From contig OZ024742.1 in NCBI GenBank assembly GCA_964016885.1, positions 320,974,001 through 321,038,000 of the forward strand: DNA of 64,000 nt, in the 5' to 3' direction. Shown in pieces: positions 49,413 to 62,414 of this stretch. Made by a program: the position numbers and the translations under genes. Source of the DNA: Eledone cirrhosa (lineage: Eukaryota). The notes under the pieces are model-generated. The model saw only the letters and a program-made list of their open reading frames with translations. It was not told the DNA's origin and did not search any database. Each line of letters begins with the position of its first letter. The stretch's first letter is position 1.

Positions 49413-52400
49413 ATGTTCTTCTGGTTTTATAATTTCACAAAGTTTTACCAATAGAGAGAAAGTCGGTTTCTAACATAGACACAAGACTCTCTCATTGGAA
49501 TTTACACAACATCAACCAACTAGGTAGATATGTATATATGCATGTGTAGATATGGATGTTATTGTATGTGTGGATGTGTATGTTTTGAGTTGTATGTGTG
49601 CATGTGTATATGCTTTGTATCTGTACATGTGTATATGCAGTTATTAGATGTAAAATTTTTGGAATGTTTTACATATTTTTACTGTTCCATTAATGGATTG
49701 TACTTGTAATTGCCTAACTAGTTGTGTTCTTTCTGTTCCTGTGAAGCCTAGCTTCTCAAGATTTGTATTGAGGCAGTTACTGACATATCCCAGTGCCCCA
49801 ATAATCAGAGGTATAAATCTGAAGGTGTAATCAGGGTCGAGTATCTGCAGATTTCTCATCAGTTCTGCATAAATATTCTCCTTTTCACTAATCTTTGATA
49901 TTATATTGGCATCTGATGGGCAGCTAATTTCCACTACTGTGCATGTTTTCTTCTCCTTGTCCCATATCATAATATCTGGTCTGTTATGCCTGCATTTCAT
50001 TGGGGTTTTTACTGGAACATTCCACCAGTACTCTTTCATATTATGTACATGGATGTCTTCCACATTGTTGTAGCTTTTAATGTGTTTATTATCGGGGCTA
50101 TCTTTTTTACGAACTGCATCGTACAGTGTTTTAGCCACTACATCATGCCTCATAGGTAGATAGTACCGCGATGACATCTTTGGACAGCTGCTGATGACAT
50201 GGGTGATATCCTCGATGTTAGTTCTGCAGAGTCTGCACTTGTTATCACATCTAGGTGTTTTGCCTGCATCCCTATCTCTTTTGTGAATCAGGTATTTCGT
50301 GCTAATCTCCTCTTCTTGGATTGCAAAAGCGTATCCTTCAAAGTGGGAGCCAATATAGCGGTTGTTGGTCCAAGATAGACTACTTTCCTTATCTATATTA
50401 CTCTCACTCTGGAGCTTCCTGGCAACATATCCATGCATGATTTTTTGCTGATAGGCATGCAGTTTTTCATCCATGGATTCACTGCGATACTGCTGAGCGA
50501 CATCCCTGGGTGTGAGTTTTTGATTATCACACAGGGAATGTCTCTCAAGGAGTTCCCTCCCAACTCTCATGATCTTATCTGTTTCATGCAGATTGATTTG
50601 CTCGAGAAACGGGCTCCTACGTTTTGAGGTTCGTAGATGTTGTCGGAGAGATATGATGCGACATTCAAATGTTGTCTGGACTGATGTTAGGCCTCTGCCT
50701 CCCTGCTTACGTTTCAAGTAAAGGCGGTCTATGTCACTGTTGATGTGGAAATTTCCGGTGTTGTTCAGTATTTTTCGAGTTCCAACATCAACTGCTCGGA
50801 TTTCGTCTATCGTCCAATTGAGTATTTCAAACGTTGGTGTTAGGACAGGCACAGCAAACACATTGTGAGCCACTGTTTTGTTTTGCGCAGAGAGTTCCGA
50901 TGACCAGATCTTTCTTAATCGGGTGTAGTATTCCCTGGTTACACGTTCTTTATTACAGATACCATTATAGGATATGTTCTCATCTATCCCCAGGTATCTG
51001 TAGGAGTCCTCATCAGATATCGGTGAAACAGTTAGGCCATTGATGACGATGTTGCTAGATTGGGTTGTTGTTTTCCCCCACTTTACAGTCATGTATGAGC
51101 ATTTATCTTGGCCAAACTCCATTCCTATATCCTTTGAGAACGTTGTAACCAGGTCAAGATTTTTCTTCATCCCATCCATGTTCTTGGCATAGAGTTTCAG
51201 ATCGTCCACAAATAAATTATGGGTTAGGTTTGTATTTCTGTCCTCCTGTGAGCCAATGATGTATCCCTCACATTTCTTGAGCAGAAAGGACAAGGGGTTT
51301 AATGACAAGATGAATAATATCACAGAGAGACTGTCCCCCTGAAATATACCCCCTGCAATATTTTATTTTATCAGTGAAAATAGAGGCCCCCCCCCCCACA
51401 CACACACACTCTATCTTTAACCTTAGGATAGTAGCCCAAGAAGAAGACAGCCTCTCTATGGCTCTGACAATAATGTCTGGGACTTTAGCAAGTTGGAGGG
51501 CCTCTATCATCCAAGAGTGGGGAACAGAATCGAAAGCTTTCCTGTAGTCCAGCCAGACTGTAGTCATATTCCTCCTAAGTTGTCGCACCTCCGACATCGC
51601 AGTTTTGTTGATTAGGAGTTGTTCAGCACATCCCCAAACCCCTTTCTTTCCAGCTGCTTGTTCATCTGTGATGATGTTATTATTTTCACAGTGATCTTGG
51701 AGGAATAGTTTCAGGCAGGCTGTATACATCTTATACATCAGGTTCTGGCATGCAATAGGTCGGTAGTTTTTTGCCAAGTGGGTGTCTTTGTTCTTGGGGA
51801 CCAGTAACGTTTGTGCTAATGTCAACCATTCTGGTATAAGTGTATCTCCCTTAAGAACTTGTTGGTAGAGGTCAGTAAGATACCTCCGATAGAATATTAG
51901 TTTTTTGTACCAGTAGCCGACAATCATGTCTCTTCCTGGTATCTTCTTATCTTGGAGTTTTTCTATCACAGTCTCAAGGGTACCCTCACTTATTTCGTAT
52001 GTTTTTGTTGTAGTGTAGTAGCAATAGTTATTTCGGATTTCTCTTAGCCACACTGCATCTTGGTTGAAATTCTTCTTTTCACCCCATATTTTTCTCCAAA
52101 AGGAATCTATGTCTTTCTGGGATGGGGCCTCAGTGACACTTATTATTTTCCCCTTCATATCTCTATAGACTAATGTATGGTTTCGTCTGAATCTTTTATT
52201 AAGCACTTTTCTCTCATCTACCTTCTTCAGGTATCGGCGCTTTTCGCTAACAGCTCTCAATTCTTGTTTGAGGGTGATCAGCTTATATTGGAGAGTTCTG
52301 GTTCTACTGTTACCAAACATCGTCTCTATTTTATTTTTCACTTTTTTTTGGTGAGGAGTGAGGTTTTTTGTGTTTGTTTGCATGTAAGGTGCATTGTCAC

Positions 52401-53514
52401 ATATCCTATGTTTTTTCGTAGGTCAACACTCTTTTTTTCTATTTTAGTTATATATGATGGTATTTTTGGTGGTGTTTTGTTCTTGTTCTCTGCTATCACC
52501 AAGATAATGCTTCACTGTCGTTGATATGGCATATAAACAGGCGTTGATTTGCCAAAATGTTGGGGTTTTTATCCGTCGTAAATATGTATCCTCTATTTCG
52601 TCAATAACACGTAGTATTTCATTATTTGGTTTTTTATTCACCATTGCCGTTTTAACACGTTCAGCAAGAGAGATATTTATACATGAGTTAATTTCTCTCT
52701 GGAAGATTTCGTTGAGGGAAATGTTCAATTGTTTATACTTTTGATTATCATTATCGATAGTATTTTCCACAACAGTCGAGGTAGACGCGGATGGTACACG
52801 TGGTGTCACATTTATTCGATTATTATTATTATCGATAGTGTTTTCCCCAGCATTCGAGATAGACTTAGATGGTACAAGTGGTGTCAAGTTTCTTACAGGC
52901 ATAGTTGTTTCAAGGCGCTGTTCTACCTGGCTGCTAGGAAGTCTAGTAGCATGGCGACCTGTAGCACGTGTTGTTGATAACATGTTTGTTGTTGGGGACT
53001 TACAATTAATAATATTTATCTTATTTTTAGGTTCAACAAACGTCGCTTGTTGGCGTAATTGTTTCGCTGTGAAATAATTTAGCTCTGGGTGCATTTCGTC
53101 CCAGTGTAGCTTCATTCTATTCATATAACCAATAGAGGGATTGCTTTTTGCCATTTTATAACAATTAAATAAATCATTATTAAGTTCGCAACTCCAAGAG
53201 AAATGCGATTTATAATTTCAGTTTCTTCTGTAGCTACAACTGAATAAAGTTTGATTACCTTCCTTGTTATCTGTCTTCGATATTTCCTTAATTGTTTTGT
53301 TGATGTTGTGTTCAGCCATGCTGTTTTTAGTAAATCCTTGTAAAATGAATTATGTAATTAGTCGGATATCTCTGCGAATTCGAATAAAAGGTGTCTTCAG
53401 AAGGGATAGTTAGAAGAATAACCAGTAGTTGTGACATTACTGTCGGAGATAGTATTCATCTTAAATTTAATAAATAGTCTCCCACGCCAAAATATGCGAC
53501 TGATCGCGTTGACT
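49413..53514 (-). mobile_element. Near full-length R4/Dong-clade RLE non-LTR retrotransposon in (CATA)n
   Basis: single broken ORF flanked by UTRs; the same tetranucleotide on both sides. Confidence 0.85.
49644..53319 (-). pseudogene. ORF with Myb-like N-terminus, RT, CCHC and PD-(D/E)xK endonuclease; at least three lesions
   Basis: GYMNRMKLHW...P...QLRQQ; NYRPIAC, LDYRKAFDSVPH, LFVDDLKLY, YRYLGI, GGRGL; CRLC..EDITHVISSC, RHD, RPDI, VEISCP. Confidence 0.88.
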
Positions 53515-53734
53515 GTATGTATATATGTATGTACGTATGTATGTATGCATGTATGTACGTATGTATGTAACTATGTATGTATGTATGTAATGTATGTATG
53601 TGTGTAATGTATGTAATGTATGTAATGTATGTATGTATGTAATGTATGTATGTATGCACGTATATATGTTTGTATACATGCATACATATATATATTATAT
53701 ATCATGTATACATATATCACATCTACCACAGCCG

Positions 53735-53826
<92 letters not shown>
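53515..53826. repeat. (TATG)n then (TA)n
   Basis: direct reading. Confidence 0.95.
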
Positions 53827-53829
<3 letters not shown>

Positions 53830-53893
53830 ATGAAATCGAAAATACAACTGGAGTCTTATTTTAAAAAAATATATATATATATTTATTTGGTTC

Positions 53894-53929
53894 CTTTACC
53901 GGTTTCGCAGTTCTTCTGCTTTTCAAAAG
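53894..53929 (-). ncRNA. Minimal hammerhead motif with U3-A8 core variant
   Basis: minus strand CTT-TTGAAAA-GCAG-aagaa-CTGC-GAAA-CCGG-TA-AAG. Confidence 0.6.
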
Positions 53930-54287
53930 TAGAGTTGAGATGGAGGGTCTGTGATTTTTCTCACATCTGGTTGGTCTTTGAATGTTACTTGTTTTCTATG
54001 GAAAAAGTGACTCGAAATGCCAGGTTTTTAGAGAAGTAATTTGATTGGTTGGTCAATAATTATAATAATTTTCGCGCCAGTTTAGAGAACTTTATGACAA
54101 GTAAAAGATAATGGTGAAGAGAAATGGGATGGGAGAATTGTTCTTGTTCAGTGAATATGGTTAGTTCGCTGGGGGGTCAGAATTCAGATTTTCTATTGAA
54201 TAAAGAAAGTAAAGATATGCATGTTTATTTGTGTGCTTGTGTGTGTGTGTGTTTGAATTTCTTTTTACTTAAAAAAAGGGGCTCACG

Positions 54288-54369
54288 AATCCACCGCCAT
54301 GTCACGTGACATAATAATGGTTTCTTATATAAGAAACCATTATTATGTCACGTGACATGGCGGTGGATT
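54288..54369. repeat. Perfect 82-bp spacerless palindrome at a SINE 5' junction
   Basis: 41-nt arms checked base by base. Confidence 0.92.
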
Positions 54370-54550
54370 GGCAGTATCGGTAGAGAGTCGGACGCCATGC
54401 TTTGACGCATAGAGTTACGGCCCTTGCCATTCTGAGTTCAAATCCCGCCGAGGTTAACTTTGCCTTTCATCCTTACGGGGTCAACAAAATAAAGTACCAG
54501 TAATGCACTGGGATAATTGCTGGCCTTGTGACAAATGTAGAAACAATTAT
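54359..54550 (+). mobile_element. tRNA-derived SINE, candidate TSD attatgtcacgtg
   Basis: consensus match; the motif occurs on both sides. Confidence 0.85.
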
Positions 54551-54559
54551 GTCACGTGG

Positions 54560-55010
54560 CTTAACGCTATCACCAGGCTGGTTCTTTCGTGGTAGGATTA
54601 ATGGCATGTGACTTAACACTATCACCTGATTCAACCTTGAGACTGGTGGCGGAAAGGTATGGAAAAAAATCACAACATATACACTGCTGCAGAAGGAAGT
54701 AATAGAATATAACCAGACTTATGCTTATACCACGTTTTAAAGCAGGACCACATTGCTCTTGGGTGCCATTAGCTGAATTAATTTTGCCATCCGTTTGAAT
54801 ACCAACATGGTAGACTTAGTCCCTCATCAGGTTTAATACCACAACCTGATCCTCAGGTGGTAAACTTTATCTGACATTCTTTAACACCACCGGCACCTGG
54901 CACTTGGTGGTAGCCCTAATATACCACCAGGTTTAATACAACCACTTGTTCCTTGAATGGCAGGCTTAATATGTCATTTAGTTTAATACCATCACATGAC
55001 CCTTAATTGG
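54560..55010. repeat. Highly degenerate tandem repeat
   Basis: recurrent gtttaatacca..acctg..cct...tgg.a units. Confidence 0.4.
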
Positions 55011-55453
55011 TATACACTTGGCTGATTTTAACAGATTCCACGTCGTTCAAGCAAGTATTTGTGCCAGCTCTCCAGGTTGCAGATTCTTTCTTTTTCTTTT
55101 TTTTTTTTTTTGAGGATACCATTTTGCTAAAGATCAATGTACGATGCGTTTTGTAACGCATTGGCTATAGTTGTTTTATAACCAATAACATTTCGATTGG
55201 TTTAAGAATATTTTTGCTATTCGATATTCAGTCGTTTGAATAATCGGCAACATCAAACTCAGAGTTACTATTCAAGAAGATGCAACTTCTAATAAAACAT
55301 ACTTAAATGTTAGAGATTTAAACGTGAATAGAAGACGGTACCCCCCCCCCCCCCAATAGTGTAAACTATATTGTCTATTCAAAGTGGGATTTTACTGTAT
55401 TTCTATAGCTACCCTGTACATAGAGTTCTAGCTTAATTAAACAGTGGTCCCGG

Positions 55454-56021
<568 letters not shown>

Positions 56022-56097
56022 TATTTATGAATACATAGTACTTTTCACCGGATTATCATCACTAAACTTAACATATATTACATGAATTAAAGAACAG

Positions 56098-56596
<499 letters not shown>

Positions 56597-56942
56597 ATCT
56601 ATTTATTGACTGGTTTCGGTCATTGGAGTTTGCTCAGGCTAAGCTACAGCCTTCTATTATAAACTAGATTACAGCAATCGCAGTACTTGTTGTTTTGCTC
56701 CAGGCTGGCTCCGATCAAGCAGATCTATTAGTTTTCTTTTCTTTTCAATTTTTTTTTTTTTTTTTTGCCAGAAAATTGTTCAATGCAGCATTATCAGATA
56801 TGTTCTTCCCCCTTTAGGATGGTAGAGTGTGATTTGTGGAGACTTAGCTGTTATTTTTAGTCAGTAGAGTAACTTCACTGAGACTCCTTTGTTTGCCCAC
56901 ACCAATACATATTTTTTTTAAAAGACTGATATATATGTTATT

Positions 56943-57217
56943 CAGACCTGTCAACTTCTAATAACCCAAACGGGGAGTACCATGAAAAAAAAGTGCCCCA
57001 AAATGGAGAGTACCATGAAAAAAAGTGCCCCAAAATGGGGAGTACCATGAAAAAAAGTGCCCCAAAATGGGGAGAAATGAGACAAAATAGGGATAATGAG
57101 ACAAATTTTTACATAATGAAAGCTATACCCATTTACACAAAAACGGGGAGACGGGCGAGGAGAAATGAGCCAAAACGAGGAGATCTCCCCGTCGGATGGG
57201 GAGAGTTGACAGGTCTG
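56943..57217. mobile_element. MITE with 14-bp TIR CAGACCTGTCAACT, 6-bp TSD GTTATT and three internal 32-33 bp repeats
   Basis: gttatt-CAGACCTGTCAACT ... AGTTGACAGGTCTG-gttatt. Confidence 0.9.
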
Positions 57218-57480
57218 GTTATTGATGGTTGACTAGGCGATAATAAATCCGCTTAACTAAATAAATACCACAATGTATTTAGGTCGAAGTTCTACTCCAT
57301 TCTTCGTTAATTAATAACTAAGCAATTTCATAAAACCTACTAACATACCAACCTAATTAGTCATTATTGCATCCTCATTCCTGTTCTGTTTGGTTGAATT
57401 TCGTAAAAACCTGAACGAAAAAACATGTCGATGCATATTTGTAGAAACTCTGCAAAGCGATTAACTTTACCTTGTATTGT

Positions 57481-57618
<138 letters not shown>

Positions 57619-57619
57619 T

Positions 57620-58145
57620 TTATTTTTTTTGAGTTTATGTTGGTTGTATACCAACACCTCAATATGCAGGATAGAGCACTCGACGAAGTGCGCAGGTTGG
57701 TTTGGTTACTCCGGAGTAATGTAAAATAAAGTTAAATAAAAAGTCAAATGTTTAAAATTTAGCTTCGTTTATTACTGCTATATATATTTCAGTGACAGCC
57801 ATCTTTGGCTGTGACCTCTTCAGGCAGTTTAAATTAGTATGGTATAGACAAGTACATATGTTGTGAAGGTGTATAATATTGTCAATACTCTGATATGCCC
57901 AGTTCCTGGTTGGGTTGTTGTTTCACTGATTCCAGTTCCTCAGTGAAATAACAACCCAACCAGGAACTGGGCATATCAGAGTATTGACAATATTATACAC
58001 CTCAACAACATATGTACTTGTCTATACCATACTAATTCAAACTGCCTGAAGAGGTCACAGCCAAAGATGGCTGTCACTGAAATATATATAGCAGTAATAA
58101 ACGAAGCTAAATTTTAAACATTTGACTTTTTATTTAACTTTATTT

Positions 58146-58147
<2 letters not shown>
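57620..58147. mobile_element. Tail plus fold-back palindrome (57722-57929 / 57940-58147); Penelope-like inverted pseudo-LTR
   Basis: about 208-bp arms, 10-nt spacer, hammerhead, (TA)n flanks. Confidence 0.78.
58041..58095 (+). ncRNA. Type I hammerhead ribozyme motif (mirror copy on the minus strand at about 57774-57828)
   Basis: ACTGC-CTGAAGA-GGTcACAGCCA aaga TGGCTGTcACT-GAAA-TATATA-TA-GCAGT. Confidence 0.82.
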
Positions 58148-58182
<35 letters not shown>

Positions 58183-58187
<5 letters not shown>

Positions 58188-58692
58188 TATTAAAACAATG
58201 AAATTAAACACAAAACTGTTAATTCATAGTAAAACACATTATTTTACGATCGTTTCTGGGGGGTAGTCGTCTGCATGTTCATTTAATTATTGATCTATGT
58301 AAAACATATTACAAAATATCAATAATTAAAAGAATACATACGTCTTCACTACCCGCCGTCTTTCTGAAGACGGCGGGTAGTGAAGATGTATGTATTCTTT
58401 TCTCACTATGATATTTTGTAATATGTTTTACATAGATCAATAATTAAATGAACATGCAGACGACTACCCCCCAGAAACGACCGTAAAATAATGTGTTTTT
58501 CTATGAATTAACAGTTTTGTGTTTAATTTCATTGTTTTAATATTTCTATTTTGACTCTGTATCCAATTGAATTATATCGTTGATAAAAAAATGTTTGTAT
58601 TTTAAACTTTGCTTCACGACATCTTCTACATACGGATTACATTGAGTTCTTTATACGGTTTAGACCCTACCGTTGAGTGGTAGATTTATCTG
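58183..58692. mobile_element. Fold-back palindrome (58183-58362 / 58367-58547) plus tail
   Basis: about 180-bp arms, 4-nt apex tctg; tail contains GTTGAGTGGT. Confidence 0.75.
58361..58488 (+). ncRNA. Hammerhead motif with an about 100-nt stem II; core lies at the palindrome apex
   Basis: TTT-CTGAAGA-(c)GGcGGGTAGT...ACTACCCcCC(a)-GAAA-CGACCG(CGATCG in the other arm)-TA-AAA. Confidence 0.55.
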
Positions 58693-58712
58693 TATATATA
58701 TATATATATATA

Positions 58713-61460
58713 TGAAAAGATTCAGGATCCCTGAAACAATTGTTAATACAGTAAATAAAACCCTTTTTGTACTGTTGACCATGTTATTCTTCACTCTTTC
58801 ACTATTATTACTCCAAGATTAACCTGCATAGGAATTCCTGAGAACTCGCCACCTAACTAAGGAAACCTCTTGTTGAGTCAAAAAACCCCGTTCCTCTAAC
58901 TGGATTACCTATAACGATAATTTGTTATCCCATATACCCGGCTCCCACTAAGTTGAGCAACAACCTTAACGCACGGCACTAACATGGAAAGACACCACAT
59001 AGGCATGTCCTTAAAAAACATACCTATACCTACAAATAGGGAATATACACTCGGTACGATACAACGTACTAATGACTTTATCCGTCGAATCCGATGGAAA
59101 GTATATCATTATTATAAAGGACACGCTAATAATAAAAATGAGGAATTTATTAGTGAAAAATACGGGTTCAAATCCTGCAAAAATCCACCGAATAACCCCC
59201 CAACTTGATGCCTTCGAACTCGACCTCATGAACATGATAAACGGAACCAAATTAAAAAAACGGACACATTACAACAAACTGCAAAAGGACATCAATGTAC
59301 TACTAAACAAAACTACATAACACCAACGGTATTATAGTAAAAGCGGACAAAACATGAAACGTATACACCATGAGCCTTAATACATACAATAACTTTATAC
59401 GCCGTGAACTACACAAAAAATACAAGAAAACTACGGAATCTACACTCACTAACATTAATAAGGAAGAACTTAACATAGTAAAAAAACTGAAAATATCTTA
59501 TAGAACCGAGCCTCTGACCCCTTGTAAACCCACATTTAATCTGAAAGATCATAAATATAACTTCGAAACTGACCCTACTATTAAATTAATATGCTCATCG
59601 AAATCGGATATAGGTAGAATTAACAAGAATATACTAGATAGAATAATAGCACAAATTAAAGACAAACTAATAATTAAGCTTTGGGGTAACACTAACGAAG
59701 CAATAGATTGGTTTAGCAAAATAGACAATAAGAAAACATCCGACTTCATACAGTTTGACATAAATGACTACTACTCCTCCATTTCTCCAGTCACCCTAAA
59801 TAAGGCACTAACCTTTGCACAGAAAAACTCGAACCTATCCTCGTGAGGAAATTAGAATAATACTAACTGCTAAGAGAACTATCATTAGGTTCGATAATAG
59901 TTACTGGGAAAGAAAAAACAGACAGAATAGCTTTGATATCACTATGGGATCTAACGACTCAGCTCAAGTAACAGATATAGTTGGAATATATATAGCACAT
60001 ATCTTACATAAGGAATTTAATAACCTCCAAGGAGGAATTTATAGAGACGATACACTCCTTTTAGCTAAAAACTTAAATAATCAAAACTTGGAAAGATTAC
60101 GTAAAAAGATTAGAATATTCTTCAATAAACTAGGCCTAGGAATCACTTTCGAACTTAATTCGAAAAAAGCTAACTTCTTAGATGTATCACTCAACCTAAA
60201 CACAGGACTAATAGAGCCCTTCCATAAAAATAACGAAAATCTAGCATACATTAGTTATAACTCAAATCACCCTCGCTCCATAATTAACTCCATAGCACAT
60301 AGTGCATCCCTTAGAATTTCACGCTTATCTTCTAACCTAGAGATTTGTAATGAACACGCGAACTACTACAACATAGCTTTACTTAAGGCAGGCCACAAGG
60401 AGAGCTCAAATACATACCAGATACAAACAACAAAAACACACCTAACAACAATAACACCACCCACACATATAGAAATAGCAAATATAGGATTAAACATAGA
60501 AATAGGCAACGAGCACCAGAAATAACTGGACCGAATACTAATATAAGGACCCCTAGGAACTATAGAATATCCAGAGATAGGAAATACTTATTGTTCAATC
60601 CAATATTTAACTCCTCTATAAAAACCAAACTACCTTCTACATTCTTTAAACTAATTGATAAGCACTTCCCTAAACTTCACAAATACCATAAAATCTTTAA
60701 TAGAAAAACTATAAAACTGTCTTACTCTACTGCAGCCAACATAGAATCACACATACATAAAATTAACTATAGAAGAATCTCTAATGAAAATAACCTACAA
60801 ACAAACACCATAACACCAAATACAAAACACAAACACATAACAACATCGCAACCACACACACGTCAGAACGCATCACAGCAAAATATCAACAAACCCAAAT
60901 CTCAACCCATACATAACAACATACAAAACCGCATTGAAGAACCGGCACACAGGAAGTCCTCAAAATGTAACTGTTACTTAGCGGATAAGTGCCCACTACA
61001 AAATAGATGCCTGGAGTCAAATATAGTGTACCTGTGTACTATAAATTCTGGCAACTTAGCATGGCACTACATAGGTTCTACGGCTGGGGAGTTCATAAAA
61101 AGATGGTGTGTCCAGATACTCTATAAATAACCGTAGACTAATGAACACAACAACGCTGGCCAATAAAATCTGGCAGCTTAAGAATACAAACCAAGAATAC
61201 GGGATTAGCTGGTCGAAATTGTCGGGGGCAAAGGCCTACAAAAATGGAATGTCCCACTGCGGACTTTGCAATATGGAGTTGCTCCATATTTTAAAGTATG
61301 ACAAAATGCTGCTTAACAGCAAAATAGAACGGTTAATTTTCTGTAGGCATAAAGCAGCTACTAAATTCGCTAATTTCAAACCAACATGATTCGATCCAAC
61401 AATCCCATAATTCAAACTGAACCACTTAGAGTCTATTATAATAACCCATTATTATTAACT
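58713..61460 (+). mobile_element. Decayed Penelope-like retroelement (RT + C-terminal GIY-YIG)
   Basis: starts after (TA)n with a degenerate hammerhead remnant (GAAACAATTGT). Confidence 0.85.
58984..61389 (+). pseudogene. Penelope-like RT/GIY-YIG ORF in six pieces
   Basis: FIQFDINDYYSSI, ITMGSNDSA, IYRDD, FLDVSL, SNHP, CNC...CPL...C..IVY...YIG...R, CGLC..E, LN, CRHK. Confidence 0.88.
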
Positions 61461-61463
61461 GTC

Positions 61464-61900
61464 AATCGACGCACTCGGAGAGGCTCTGGGCGTCGACGAA
61501 GTCGAACTAACCAGTCTGTTCCGGAGGACTTTCAAGCCGGGGACGATGGATAATTTCCCAAAATCCCTCGCTTGGCAGTGCTACCGGGGGCAATTGCCGG
61601 TTCGAGATAAACTCTACAGGGACGGAAGTGCTGTCAGGCGGACCTGCCCGAGATGCGCGCAGAGCGACGGAACCGTTCTGCACGCACTCGCCCAGTGTCC
61701 GTGCATTACTGACTTGTGGAGTTATGTCGAACAGCTGTTGTCGCGTGTAGAACGGATTCGGCTATCGGCCGAGTCCATAGTGAAGATCGACACGCCGCCT
61801 TCTTTTGGCCAGGAAGGGCAAGCAATTTTCCTCTGTCGAGTGGCAGTAGCGAAAGAGGTTGTATGGTGGACGAGGTTGAAAGGACTGAAGACAGACACTA
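61464..61900 (+). pseudogene. Tx1-like ORF2 C-terminal fragment
   Basis: MDNFPKSLAWQCYRGQLPVRDKLY...CPRC...KEVVWWTRLKGL. Confidence 0.9.
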
Positions 61901-62083
61901 ATTGAAAATTAGAATTGGTGCTCTGATACACTATAAATACACTATATATACATTCATATATATATCGCTATTTCAGAGCACCAATTCTAATTTTCAATTA
62001 TCAATTTTTGCTGTACCGGCAACCGCTTTGTATAATCAGTTCTTGATTATTACTGGAATTCTATAAGAATCCAACATTCATAA

Positions 62084-62175
62084 TTTTCAACAAACAAGGG
62101 GAGTGCTAAGCTCTGAGGAATACCAACAGTATGAAACAGAGATCTGTCACCTTATCTCCCTTTGTTTGTTGAAAA
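62084..62175 (+). ncRNA. Type I hammerhead ribozyme with full stem III, GUC triplet and extended bulged stem I
   Basis: ...GGGAG-tgc-TAAGcT-CTGAGGA-ATAC caaca GTAT-GAAA-CAG agat CTG-TC-AcCTTA-t-CTCCC...; outer ttttcaacaaacaa/ttgtttgttgaaaa. Confidence 0.8.
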
Positions 62176-62267
62176 AAGAAGTAAGTGACATAGTCATTAC
62201 TCTAAAACAATAGCGTAAGGTCTTCAAAATGCTTTTAATTAAGCAAACAGTGTATTGCAAAATACAC

Positions 62268-62277
62268 TATATATACA

Positions 62278-62357
<80 letters not shown>
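62268..62357. repeat. (TA)n
   Basis: direct reading. Confidence 0.95.
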
Positions 62358-62358
<1 letters not shown>

Positions 62359-62414
62359 CTTTGATAGGTTTCAGCCAGTATTGGCCCAGGCCATGTCTTA
62401 GTTGGGCTCTATAG

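Noticed and set aside
53320-53514. HDV-like or hammerhead ribozyme in the R4-like 5'UTR
   Set aside because: Short hairpins and a CTGAAGA are present, but I could not build either fold
58713-58748. Hammerhead at the Penelope 5' end
   Set aside because: Only GAAACAATTGT and a partial stem II remain; the core is replaced by (TA)n
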